64,000 nt of DNA from Carpediemonas membranifera BICM (taxonomy: Eukaryota > Protista > Fornicata), in the NCBI GenBank assembly GCA_019828565.1, contig JAHDYR010000007.1:506373-570372 (forward strand), in the 5' to 3' direction. Shown piece after piece: positions 9,400 through 20,250 of the stretch. Numbering within the stretch: the first letter of the stretch is position 1; every line of letters starts with the position of its first letter. Both the position numbers and the translations under genes were made by a program. Below the pieces are notes generated by a model. It was not told where the DNA came from. It saw only the letters and a list, made by a program, of their open reading frames with translations, and did not search any database.

Positions 9400-12300
9400 T
9401 CAGAACATGCTGCTGACCGTGCGCGGCGTCGTAGGGTGTAGCACCTGTCCGTCGATGCCGTGGATCCCGCTCACAGGCTCCCCCGGGTCCTGTCTTCGTC
9501 CCAGCGGCGCGTGAGTCCGTATGGGTGCCAGCGGCCGCCTGTTCGACAGAATAGCCTCGCCGTTCTCCCCAAACTCGATCGTGGCAGTGTCTTGGTTCCT
9601 CCAGGCCCGCGGCAGCATCTTGCCCGGGTTGGGAGTGAGTGACCTGATCTCCAGCTGGGGCCTGTCCGACAGCGTTGGGGTTGACGCACCGTGCATCTCA
9701 AGCCGACCTGCGAGCGAATGGTCCGTCTGTTGGGCTTCATGTGGCTCGCTGAGCTGGATCATGTGCTTGCGGACGGTGTCGTGCGAAGAGACGGTGTCCT
9801 CTGATCGGGGGGTGGGCTTGGTGAATAGGGGATGCTCGTCGACGGTGGCGAGGTCAACGTCCTCCATCGTCCAGGAACCGTCGAAATCGTTGAGTTGCTC
9901 GGGATCTTTCAGTTGGCTGACTTCATCAAGAATCTTAGTTTCTTGATCCATATCTATGATTCCATCAGCAAGATCCTCCGCCTCAATCTTAGAGATATGC
10001 TCGATCAGCGCCGTATCCCGCGGCTTTGCCGATGTCTGGGTCGAGTGCTGGAGCGGCGCCAGGGACGTTCGGAATACGGGCGTGGCCGCGACGGCCCTGA
10101 CCCCCGTAGTTGGGGTGACCGACGCCAAGGCGGGTCTCATGAACTTCGGCGTGGCTGCGGGCAGGGAAGGGAGCTTCCGCCTGTCGTACCCCGCGACCTG
10201 GTCGGTCTGGGTGGCCCTGTCCTCGAAGAGGGAGCCGAGGTCGATGCGCTGGCTCCCCAGGACGGAGGGCGACATCATGAACTCGCCCCCCAGCCTGGCG
10301 AGGGTGCCGCTGCGACTGCGGGCACCACTGGCTTGGCCGCCGGCGGATGGAAGCATGGTGAAGCTGTCTGGCATCCGCAACAGCGAGTCACCGATCCCAG
10401 CGACGCTCTGGCGTCTGCTTCCCACAGACTGGATACGGGAGCGTCCATTCTCGGCGTCTACACACTCAAAGGTGTCCAAGAAGGCATCAAACGCCCCGAA
10501 CGTCTGGCACTCGGCCTCGTGCTTGGGTCGGGACGGCCAGGACTCGTCGGGGCCGGGCACACCCTGCCCCAGGGCTGTCTCCAGCTCGGGTGCCCTGCCC
10601 GCCAGATAAATAAGCAGACCGCGCCTCATCATGTCGGCCTCGCGGTGGGTTTCCGGTCTGAACGGGGCGGTCTGGGTGCCCACGCGACGGCCGTCGGGTC
10701 GCATGGACGTCTGGACTGAAGCGACCTCCGACTCTGACTCGGGGATTTCGTGCAGCACCCACTCCCGCGGGGTCTGCGTCTCCACGTGCCGCAGAGTCGA
10801 CGGGTCGAGCAGTTTAAGACTCATGGTTCCGTTCCGGATGGAGTGAATGGCGGCGTTGACGTCCATGGAGGCGAGGGGGGAGTTGGGGATGAGCGTGCTC
10901 ATGTCGATCTCGGCGACGCGGGGCGTGCCGTCGATGGATAGCGGGTCCGTGGTCTCGTACGCGATGAGGTCGACGGCTGCGGGCGTCTCGGCCCTGCTGC
11001 CGGGCGTCGTGGCGATCGTGGACCGTCTGTGTGTGAGCAGGCCCCTGTAGGACATCGGACCGCGGTGCGTGCTCGGCCCCGAGAGGAGGGTCCGCAGGAT
11101 TGAGGCCTCAGACGGGTGCGAGAGAAGGGTCGTCTCGTCCGTCGAGTCCGACTCGATCGTCACAGTCGCCAGTGACTCGTCGGAGTCGAAGTCCGAGAAC
11201 CGGGTCACCCTGAACTCGGGCGAGTCCTCGTGGTCGGATGGCCCGAGGAGATTGAGCCTGGGGATCTCGGCGTCCGCAGGGGGCTGGCTGTCGTCCCGCC
11301 CAGCCTCACCACCATCGGCGGGGGCGGGTGTGTGCGCGTCACTGTCCACGTGGGCATCAGGCGTGCCGACAGGCCCCACATGAAGCACGTCGCCGGCATC
11401 GGCCCCGACCCGAATGTGCAGCTTCTTCCTCCGGTGTATGTGGGCCTGGGTCTTGGCATTGATCATACGGGCGACAGGCGTCTGGGTGGCCGCCACGTGG
11501 GTAGGGACCCGCACGGGCATCTCGATACGACGCCTCCGCTTGGGGCTAGCGGCCGAGAAGGACGTGCTGTCCTCCGCTGACTGGTCGAGGAAGAGCTTGC
11601 TCGCCCTGTCGGTGTCGCGTGCCGTGCTGCGGTCAGTCTCAGACACAAGCCGGCTCCCGGTATGGGGTGACCGCCCCTCCCGCTCAGTCGTCGTCAGCTC
11701 GCCCTCGTTAACCGATAAATGCGGCGTGCTGAAGTCCAGGCTGAATGCGCTGGCGGACTGGGTCGGCTTGGGCTGCTCCTTCGTGCTAAGGTGGAGATTA
11801 GACGCCGGTTTGGGCGTTCGAGGGAGCTTGGTTCCGAGCAGACGCGTCTCCACGCCGCCCGGCTTCCTCGGGCTCTCCGGGTCGGTCATCTGTTGCCGCC
11901 GTGGCGACGGGAGGACGCTGTGGTGGGCTCCGCTCGACGACCTACGCCTGGCCTCGCCGTCCTCTGAGTTGAGCGGCAGCATTGGGATCAGCGTCGCCGA
12001 CTGGACGGGGGGGGATGTGGGCACGGATGTCGGCAAGGTCGTAGCCCCGCTGTCCACCTGCACGCCGCATGACACCAACGGGCGAGGCGTCGGCTTGCGG
12101 GGGGATGCCTTGCGGGGCGAGACCGTGCGTGTCATGCTGTTCTGGCGCGACGGCGGTTTGGACAGTGGTGTCTTTGGCGTCTTTGGCGTCTTCGGTGTCT
12201 TTGGCGTCTTCGGTGTTTTCGGAGTTTTCGGGGTTTTCGGCGTCTTCAACCCCCGCCCCGTCCGCGGCGTCCGTCTCGGTCGGCCCCGGCCCGACTCGCT

Positions 12301-14055
12301 CTGCTCTGACTCGCTGCGGGTCACACGTCGGCCTGGGCTATCTGCAGGGCGACCCTCACGGTCCGACATTGCGGCAGACATGACCGAGCTGTAGCCCTTC
12401 GTGTCAGAGTCGCTCTGGCCTGCGGTTGAGTCAATCGATAAATTAGATGTCGAATCAGACCGCAAAGATTCAGAAGTCTGCGATTTGTTCTTCCTATGTG
12501 TCGCATGTAGTGGTGGGGCGTACTCCTGGTCTGTGTGATGCCCCGAGCGGTCCTCGGGGATCTTGGGCAGATTCGCGGTCGATCCCTGTTTCCTCCTCCC
12601 CTTCCCAGCGAGTTTCTTAATAAAGCCAGGCCCCTTTGCCGGTCCCTTGGGCGGTTCCGTCATTGTCCCAGTGTCCACACGCATGATGTCTGCCCGACTG
12701 GACAACTTGGCCTTCCGCTCTAGTCTCTCCCGCTCCTCCTCGACATGCGTGTACTCGTCCTTCAACAAACCCCACAGCTTGGTCAGGTTCGGGTTGGCGA
12801 AGTAGTTCACCGTCATGTCCATGGCTCGGAGAATGGGTTGCACAGAGCCGGGCTGGGGCTCGGGCAGCGGCAGATCTCTGGCGTTGGGGACCTTGGCGTG
12901 CTCTCGCAGGGTGATCAGCTCGCGCTCGTACTTCTCGATCTTCTCCTTGGCCTCAAGGGACTCGCCGTCGAGGGTCTCGAGCTCATCCCTCAGTCTGCTG
13001 GCCTCGGCGGCGTGCTGTACCTGCAATGACTCGATCTGGCCTCTAATGGTGTCCTCCACGCCCTCAGCCTCGTCCAGCATGTCCTCCAGCTTGTCGCACT
13101 CCGCGTTCAGCTCCGCGATCCTCTCGTTCTTGCCCTCCACGGCCTTGAGCAGCTCCTCGTACTTCCCTCGCAGGTCAAACATCTCCATGTTCTGCCGCGC
13201 CATGAGCCTGTGCTTCGTCTCGTTGTCCCGCTCGACCAGCGCCTTCAAGTGGTACGACTGCTCCGCCCGCTCGCCCGCCTCGACCGCCGTTCGCTCGGTC
13301 TCGATGATCTCGCCCCTAAGCTTCTGGATAGTCCGCTTCTGGTCCTCCATATCGCCGTTGAGCGCGGCCATCGTGTGTTTCTGGGCCTCGATCTTCTCGC
13401 CCAGCTCTGCTATCGTTCGGTCTCGCTGGCTCACCTTCGAATTCAGCAGCAGGATCTGTTCTTCCTGCTCCTCTATCTTCTCCCGCAGTGCCTCGACCTC
13501 GTTCTGGTCCGCGAACGTGCTCAGGGCGTTGTCGTAGTAGTCCCGGACCCTCTGGGCCAGCGTGCCCAGCGGGCGGGACATTTTCGATGCTAGCTTGATC
13601 ATCTCCCCGTGAATCATGTTGTAAACCTGCTCGTCGTGCTTCAGCGATGCTATGGCGTCCGCGTGGGGCGCGGGGTCCTGTTCGTATTGGGCAGAGGCGG
13701 CGGGATCCTCGAGCATGCAGTATTTGTACGCCTGGGCGAAGTATGGATCTAGTGGCTCGCTGTCGAGCTGCCCCTCGAGCTTCTTGAGGTCGTTGTGCAC
13801 TAGTTGGGCCGCCTCGGTGTCGGGGTACTCCTCCCAATCGATCACTTCCTCCTCGGGGGCCTCATCGATCATGAACATGCTTTGATACTTGGCAATAAGC
13901 TCACTGCGACGCTTAGCATGCCGTTCTCGGCGCTGTTGGTTCAAGAACAGAAGCTCGTCCAGCATTTTGAGCAGTTCTTCTGTTTGCTGCTTGGTGACGA
14001 GGCCGCGGAACGGTACACGTTCAAGCGAAGTCTCTATCCATGCAGCTTCTTCCAT
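9400..14055 (-). CDS. Large coiled-coil / low-complexity protein
   Basis: 1551-aa ORF; E/K/L-rich heptads in the N-terminal ~450 aa, then S/T/P-rich disordered sequence. Confidence 0.85.
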   Translation of the reverse strand: MEEAAWIETSLERVPFRGLVTKQQTEELLKMLDELLFLNQQRRERHAKRRSELIAKYQSMFMIDEAPEEEVIDWEEYPDTEAAQLVHNDLKKLEGQLDSEPLDPYFAQAYKYCMLEDPAASAQYEQDPAPHADAIASLKHDEQVYNMIHGEMIKLASKMSRPLGTLAQRVRDYYDNALSTFADQNEVEALREKIEEQEEQILLLNSKVSQRDRTIAELGEKIEAQKHTMAALNGDMEDQKRTIQKLRGEIIETERTAVEAGERAEQSYHLKALVERDNETKHRLMARQNMEMFDLRGKYEELLKAVEGKNERIAELNAECDKLEDMLDEAEGVEDTIRGQIESLQVQHAAEASRLRDELETLDGESLEAKEKIEKYERELITLREHAKVPNARDLPLPEPQPGSVQPILRAMDMTVNYFANPNLTKLWGLLKDEYTHVEEERERLERKAKLSSRADIMRVDTGTMTEPPKGPAKGPGFIKKLAGKGRRKQGSTANLPKIPEDRSGHHTDQEYAPPLHATHRKNKSQTSESLRSDSTSNLSIDSTAGQSDSDTKGYSSVMSAAMSDREGRPADSPGRRVTRSESEQSESGRGRPRRTPRTGRGLKTPKTPKTPKTPKTPKTPKTPKTPKTPLSKPPSRQNSMTRTVSPRKASPRKPTPRPLVSCGVQVDSGATTLPTSVPTSPPVQSATLIPMLPLNSEDGEARRRSSSGAHHSVLPSPRRQQMTDPESPRKPGGVETRLLGTKLPRTPKPASNLHLSTKEQPKPTQSASAFSLDFSTPHLSVNEGELTTTEREGRSPHTGSRLVSETDRSTARDTDRASKLFLDQSAEDSTSFSAASPKRRRRIEMPVRVPTHVAATQTPVARMINAKTQAHIHRRKKLHIRVGADAGDVLHVGPVGTPDAHVDSDAHTPAPADGGEAGRDDSQPPADAEIPRLNLLGPSDHEDSPEFRVTRFSDFDSDESLATVTIESDSTDETTLLSHPSEASILRTLLSGPSTHRGPMSYRGLLTHRRSTIATTPGSRAETPAAVDLIAYETTDPLSIDGTPRVAEIDMSTLIPNSPLASMDVNAAIHSIRNGTMSLKLLDPSTLRHVETQTPREWVLHEIPESESEVASVQTSMRPDGRRVGTQTAPFRPETHREADMMRRGLLIYLAGRAPELETALGQGVPGPDESWPSRPKHEAECQTFGAFDAFLDTFECVDAENGRSRIQSVGSRRQSVAGIGDSLLRMPDSFTMLPSAGGQASGARSRSGTLARLGGEFMMSPSVLGSQRIDLGSLFEDRATQTDQVAGYDRRKLPSLPAATPKFMRPALASVTPTTGVRAVAATPVFRTSLAPLQHSTQTSAKPRDTALIEHISKIEAEDLADGIIDMDQETKILDEVSQLKDPEQLNDFDGSWTMEDVDLATVDEHPLFTKPTPRSEDTVSSHDTVRKHMIQLSEPHEAQQTDHSLAGRLEMHGASTPTLSDRPQLEIRSLTPNPGKMLPRAWRNQDTATIEFGENGEAILSNRRPLAPIRTHAPLGRRQDPGEPVSGIHGIDGQVLHPTTPRTVSSMF
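12166..12246 (-). repeat. Nine tandem 9-nt units encoding (KTP)9
   Basis: Plus-strand units TGGTGTCTT/TGGCGTCTT/CGGTGTTTT etc.; variation is synonymous only. Confidence 0.95.
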
Positions 14056-14755
14056 CAGAAGCCTGATACTTCACTGGCAGTCACCAAAACACAATGTTGT
14101 TTCATCAAATGATTGCATGTCGGATTGGGTGCTATCAGCGACAGTTCTGTCGACAGGTGACCGTCGATCCTGCCCGGAAGCACTGATTCCAGGGAAAGCG
14201 GGTGTCCCTGATGTTGTTCGACCCAGTTGCGATGCTTCAGCTGAGGTGGAGTCCGCCTCACTTGACAGAACAAGGCCCCAGTGGCCTCTGGATGCCTCTG
14301 CCCGTCGATAGTAAACTGACCTCCCTTGATCCGGGTCACATTCTTGAGGGCTGGTCTCGATCACTACCACTGGTAGACCATTCGTCGGACACGTCTTTAT
14401 TGCTGATGTCGTGGTTGCCCCGCTGATGACAAGAACGTGGTTATTGTTGCAATGCTGGGTGACTGGAACGACGTGGGTCGACTCCGATGCCGTGGCCTCG
14501 GTCAACCCATGATGACTGCCGGGTCGCGCGAGATCCGGTCAGTTGTGTCTATCCCACTGAGACCTCTGCCGACAGCAATGATCAGGTTCATACGGGGGTG
14601 AGAGGGCATCGAGAGGCCCAGGGTGCTGGGAAGCTAATCGTACTGTGGGTCGCGGTGACTCAAAAATTGTGTTCACACCCACCCCTTTTACCTTTCGTTC
14701 CACCGACTGAGAAGACAGCCAGACGCATCTACATATCTACATATAGCACACGAGT

Positions 14756-16072
14756 TTACTGGATCTTCTTCACCTGGCGGACATCGGCCTCCATTGGGAG
14801 GGCAGCGTCAACATGGTGGACGTAAGCGGCGATCATCTGAAGTGTGGCCTCGACTGCAGCGGGGTGGATCGAGTCGACGGTGTCGTAGTCGGTATGGTAC
14901 ACGAGGTTTGACCGCACAGCAGAGGTGGGGAGGCCGAGAATGGTGATGGCGTCCACACCGACACGGGCAAACGAGGCAGCGTCAGTCGCCCCGCCACCAA
15001 AGACCATGCGGAACTTCTTGGCGTCAACACCCGCGGCAGCGGCGACCTCCAACAGGGTGTCCCCGAGCTTGTCGCTGAGCTGGACGGTACAGTTGACATC
15101 AGACACCATGACCTGGAGGTCCTCGGGCTTCCAGATGCTGTCCATGTTGATCACAGTCGTAGGAAGCTCGTTGAGGAGCTCGCCGTGTTTCTTGGCCCAG
15201 GCGTCTGAGCCTCGAAGGCCGGACTCCTCGGCATCGAACGTCGCGAATATCAGCCGGGTTTGCTCGGGACGGTCGATGTGGAACATCTTGGCAATGCCCA
15301 CAGCGATGGTGCACGCGATAAGGTTGTCACCCGCGCCGACCGTGACACGACTCGACTCAAAGCGGAGGAGGGGGGCAACGAGGAAGAGGCCGCTGATGGC
15401 GCCGACCGAGCAGATGGCGGTGTGGTAGGGAATGGTGTAACCCATGATGGCAGAGGCCGTGGCTGCAACACTGAAGAGCACGGCGAGGATGAACGACAGG
15501 AAGCCACCGAGGACGCGGAACATGTAGAGCTCCTGCCACTTGTTGAGGAAGGTGAAGATGTGTGCGCTATCGTGGTGGCCGCTGACGATTACCTGGCGGG
15601 TGGCCTTGCCCTTGGGTTCCATCACGGCGTGGATGTTGACGCCCTGGGACTTGGGGTAGACGATGTCGGTGGCTTGGCGGTAGTAGACGAACTGGAGGAT
15701 GATCACGGCGAGGCCTGTTAGTAGGAGAGCGGCGGAGATGCCGAGGAACAGAGGGTTTGAGGGAGCAATGGCGAAAGAGAAAAGCAAAGCGAGAAAAGCG
15801 CCGAAGCAGAAGGGGAAGTAGCCAAGAAAAGCGCGAGGAGCGAAAGTAAACGTAGATTCGTGTGCTGTATCACAGTACTTCGCAAAATGGTCCTTGAGAG
15901 ACCGAGCGGCCGCCCTGCAGGCATCAGTGCCGGCGAGACGAGGGCCAAATTCCTGGATAATTGGAAGATGAGTTGCTCATACGTCAATGATGTCTTTGGT
16001 AAGAGCAAGGGCATCAACGGCTTCGGTTTCTAAGGATTCCAGTTTGCGGTTCATTCTGAAGATTGAGCCCAT
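14756..16072 (-). CDS. Membrane-anchored M28-family metallopeptidase; exons 16072-15983 and 15952-14756
   Basis: SGHHDS, GAGDN, DAEESGLRGS, NMD, TDA, YHT; removing a 30-nt intron joins ...KDIID|EFGPRLAGT. Confidence 0.88.
15953..15982 (-). other. Spliceosomal intron, 30 nt
   Basis: GTATGA...ATTATCCAG; contains the in-frame TGA that interrupts the peptidase ORF. Confidence 0.85.
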
Positions 16073-16578
16073 CAAATCCCGGACCGCTGCTGCAGGCAAC
16101 ACGTGCCACCAGCTTTTTTCATGCAGGAAACAAAGGCCGGCCTGCCAGACTCAAGGCCGATATCCAACTCTAGTGTGCGTGGCAGTTGAGAACCGGGCAT
16201 ATACCGCTCGAGTCAGCTGGAGTCGATACAGGGTCTAGATGCAGGGGTACGTTCGGAAGTGGTGGGAGGCGGAATGGGAGGCGGGAATGAGCACTGGCGG
16301 TGTTCACGTTGAGAATGGGCGACACGCAGTGGAATACTGGGTGAGTCGTATTCCATCGCATTTTTGCAATTACCTTACCTTACTTTTCGAGGCACCCGGA
16401 ATTCACTTAGCCAGGCCCCAGACTGGTATTATCGGGGCGAGTTCGGTCTGATATAGTCTGCCCTCAATAGCTAGAGGAGTGATCCCAGGGCGTGCTGACC
16501 GAGCAACACCGGCACCACCCCCAGTCTTGTCCAGTCTTGCATCGAGATAGCTGTTGTTACTCTAACTCTGGTCTCTTG

Positions 16579-17847
16579 TTATTTACAGCAACAGTACCTA
16601 AAACTACCAATCAGACAGCCTAGCAAGACACACCCGCAAATGAAGATGAGGCAGTAAACCGTCCGCTCGAGCAGCGTGTCCCCCGGACCCATCCCATCGT
16701 TCCAGAGCCACGCCAGGACCCCCTCCGCCGTATCCCAACTTGGCTTAGAATACGATGTGAAAGAAATCGTCAGCATGGCTGAGTCATTCGCCGACTCGGA
16801 CCCAGCCCAGGTAATGGCGACGTCCGCAAATAACGCGTATGTGAGAGGCAAACGGTCGCCCCAAGGGTGGGTGACGCAGTCGGGTTCACGCAATGGTTGG
16901 AAGTAGTCGTCAACCAAGAATGCGCAGAATAAGGCACCTTCGTCTGTAACATTGGCAAAGTTGACCATAGTGCATTCGTTGCGGGTATCGGCTGAGTATG
17001 AGACCGCCTGGAAGTCCGAGGCGAAGCTGTCGATTGCTTTCGTGTTGACATGACCGATGTCGGCCCATGTAACAGCGCCGTTAAAATGCCGGGACTGCGT
17101 GAGTAAAATAGGGGCAGAATCTGAGCCGAAAGGGACGATTGAGGACTGCGAGGTATCACACAGCGCCCATGGTACATCACCATCGGTAAAGTTGGAGTCA
17201 ATGGCCTGCATGACGTCCTTGGTGTAGATGGTGTCGAGCAAGAGGACGGAGCTGCCGACTCCTTTGTGCATGAGAAGCTGGTCGACCCCTGCGTCGGTCG
17301 GGTCCAGGGTGGCGTTGGCCTGGAGCTCGAGGTCGAGTGAGTATCTCAGAATCTCGAGCTGGGTGCAGACGTAGAGGTACGTGCCGTCACAGATCATGGG
17401 CATTGCGTTGGTGCGGTCGGCAATCTTGGCCGACCCGAGCTGGGTGCCGTCGTACGCGAGCGCGGCAACCTTGTCGACCTTGGTGCGCACGAAGAGGTGG
17501 GGCGTGGTGGCCCCGCGGTCGCTCGCCGGGTTGATGGCAGCAGTGGCGGCCTCGTAGACGTTGAGGAGGGTGTAGGCCATGTCGGGCTCGTTGTATTGGC
17601 CGACGTCGCCCTCGCTGATGTCGTTGCTGTCAATTTCGAAGAATAAGAACTGCGCCTCGCCGGAATTCATGCTGCTATGTGCAGCCACCGTCACTGTTGC
17701 TCGCTTATGATCGTCCGTGACGGCAACATCAGTCCATACAAGGGAATCATACGCCTCGAGACGATTGATGTGCATGTTTGCATCACGGGAGCATAGAATT
17801 ATGGTGATAAGTGAGAATAGAAGCATGATGATGCTTCTGCTCATCAT
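16579..17847 (-). CDS. Surface protein family, paralogue A (signal peptide, C-terminal TM, RYCCCK tail)
   Basis: Hydrophobic N-terminus; shares 220- and 310-nt blocks with paralogues B and C. Confidence 0.85.
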   Translation of the reverse strand: MMSRSIIMLLFSLITIILCSRDANMHINRLEAYDSLVWTDVAVTDDHKRATVTVAAHSSMNSGEAQFLFFEIDSNDISEGDVGQYNEPDMAYTLLNVYEAATAAINPASDRGATTPHLFVRTKVDKVAALAYDGTQLGSAKIADRTNAMPMICDGTYLYVCTQLEILRYSLDLELQANATLDPTDAGVDQLLMHKGVGSSVLLLDTIYTKDVMQAIDSNFTDGDVPWALCDTSQSSIVPFGSDSAPILLTQSRHFNGAVTWADIGHVNTKAIDSFASDFQAVSYSADTRNECTMVNFANVTDEGALFCAFLVDDYFQPLREPDCVTHPWGDRLPLTYALFADVAITWAGSESANDSAMLTISFTSYSKPSWDTAEGVLAWLWNDGMGPGDTLLERTVYCLIFICGCVLLGCLIGSFRYCCCK

Positions 17848-18068
17848 TCTGGCGCCAACATTGTGACAAAGCTTCGTCTGGGACCGATTGGGCCGAATGT
17901 CGACTCAAACCTACTGCAGCAGAGGGCGGTAACGTATGCAGCAAATACGGGCTGGGACACTATTGAGCTGTTCGTCCACTGATGAATCGCAGACCAATGC
18001 TGCTTGATGCTCGCCGTCTCTGGTCGCGACAACGCGCTGCTGGCAGAGCTGAGCCTGAATGTTGTGCC

Positions 18069-19298
18069 TGTACGTGCTCGGCTGCCTCGTTGGGGCCGGC
18101 CGGCATCAGATCAATCATCAGATCGATTTCGTGCCCGCTCATCGCATCGATCCCCGGATGGCAGAACAGTGAACAACGTGCGTTCCCCACAACACCGCTC
18201 ACACAGACTTAGATAAGCACATGACTGCTATCGGAATCGACTTAGGCACCACATACTCCTGCGTTGGCGTGTTCATGAACGACCGCGTCGAGATCATCGC
18301 CAACGACCAGGGCAACCGCACAACACCCTCATACGTCGCCTTCAACGAGGACGAGCGCCTCATCGGCGAGGCCGCGAAGAACCAGACGGCGATGAACCCC
18401 ACCAACACAGTCTTCGACGCGAAGCGCCTCATCGGGCGCCGCTTCAACGACCGCGAGGTCCGAGCCGACATGGGCCACTGGCCGTTCAAGGTCGTCGCGG
18501 GCGCGGGCGACAAGCCGGCCGTCCAGGTGCAGCACAAGGGCGAGACCCGCACCTTCCAGGTCGAGGAGATCTCGGGCATGGTCCTGCAGAAGATGAAGGA
18601 GACCGCCGAGGCCTACCTCGGCAAGCCCGTCAGCAAGGCCGTCATCACGGTCCCCGCGTACTTCAACGACTCGCAGCGCCAGGCCACGAAGGACGCCGGC
18701 CAGATCGCGGGCCTCGAGGTCCTCCGCATCATCAACGAGCCGACCGCCGCGGCGATCGCGTACGGGCTCGACAACAAGTCGGCCGCGGAGAAGAACGTCC
18801 TGATCTTCGACCTCGGCGGCGGCACGTTCGACGTCTCGCTACTCACCATCGACGAGGGCATCTTCGAGGTCAAGGCGACCGCGGGCGACACGCACCTCGG
18901 CGGCGAGGACTTCGACAACCGCATGGTCAACCACTTCGTGACCGAGTTCAAGCGCAAGCACAAGATGGACATCAGCGGCAACGCCCGCGCGATGCACCGT
19001 CTGCGCACGGCCTGCGAGCGCGCCAAGCGCACGCTCTCGTCGTCGACCCAGGCCGCGATCGAGATCGACTCGCTCTACGAGGGCGTCGACTTCTTCACGA
19101 ACATCACGCGCGCCCGCTTCGAGGACCTCTGCGGCGACCTCTTCCGCGGCTGCATCGACCCCGTCCAGCGCGTGCTCACCGACGCGAAGCTCGACAAGAC
19201 CAAGATCCACGAGATCGTGCTCGTCGGCGGGTCGACCCGCATCCCCAAGGTGCAGCAGCTGCTCAAGGACTTCTTCAACGGCAAGGAGCCCAGCAAGA

Positions 19299-19329
<31 letters not shown>

Positions 19330-20250
19330 CGCCGCCGTCCAGGCCGCCATCCTCGCGGGCGACAAGTCCGAGAAGGTCTCCGACCTCCTCCTGCTCGACG
19401 TCACGCCCCTCTCGCTCGGCATCGAGACCGCCGGCGGCGTGATGACGACGCTCATCAAGCGCAACACGACGATCCCCGCGCACGCCAAGGAGACGTTCTC
19501 GACCTTCGCCGACAACCAGCCCGCCGTGACCATCCAGGTCTTCGAGGGCGAGCGCGCCCGCACGCGCGACTGCAACAAGCTCGGCACGTTCGACCTGACC
19601 GGCATCCCGCTCGCGCTCCGCGGCGTCCCGAAGATCGAGGTGTCGTTCGACATCGACGCCAACGGCATCCTCCAGGTCACCGCCGAGGACAAGAGCTCGG
19701 GCAACCGCCAGCAGATCACGATCACCAACGACTCCGGCCGCCTCTCCAAGGACGACATCGAGCGCATGGTCGCCGACGCGGAGCGGTTCAAGGCCGACGA
19801 CGAGAAGGTGCGCGAGAAGGTCGAGGCGCGCAACGGCCTCGAGAACTTCGCCTACTCCCTCCGCAACACCATCGAGGACGAGAAGTTCAAGGACAAGATC
19901 TCCGCCGAGGACAAGGACAAGCTCGACGCCGAGATCAAGAACGTCATGAGCTGGCTCGACACCCACGTCGACGCCGAGAAGGAGGAGTTCGAGGCCAAGC
20001 GCAAGGAGCTCGAGCAGGTCTCGACGCCCATCATGACCAAGCTCTACGCCGAGGGCGCGCCGCAGGGCATGCCCGACATGGGCGGGGCGCCTGGCGCGGC
20101 CCCATCGGGTGCCGGCCCCACGGTCGAGGAGCTCGACTGAGCATGCAGACGGACAGTTTATTAAACGGCACACTGAGTTCGGAACATTTACCAGGCTAGG
20201 CCAGCACCGCCAGCGCGAGGACCACAGCAGCGAGCGCGACCCGCATCCAG
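18069..20250 (+). repeat. ~2.2 kb HSP70 cassette; inverted near-identical copy at 40603-42785, partial copy at 1-688
   Basis: Shared upstream region, CDS, 3' intergenic and the last ~16 codons of the convergent surface gene. Confidence 0.93.
18221..20140 (+). CDS. HSP70: Cytosolic HSP70, copy 2 (intact, 639 aa)
   Basis: [37 protein letters not shown]; ends GPTVEELD. Confidence 0.98.

Noticed and set aside
12166-12246. Repeat array as CRISPR or telomere
   Set aside because: A coding 9-nt tandem repeat without spacers in a eukaryotic gene
14056-14505. Upstream ORF in frame with the 1551-aa gene, separated by one TGA (readthrough or selenocysteine?)
   Set aside because: No ATG start, weak coding signal, no SECIS or consensus intron seen; TGA is a normal stop elsewhere
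18839-20173. Long antisense ORFs opposite HSP70, dynein and hydrogenase
   Set aside because: Expected shadow frames of high-GC3 genes; no independent motifs
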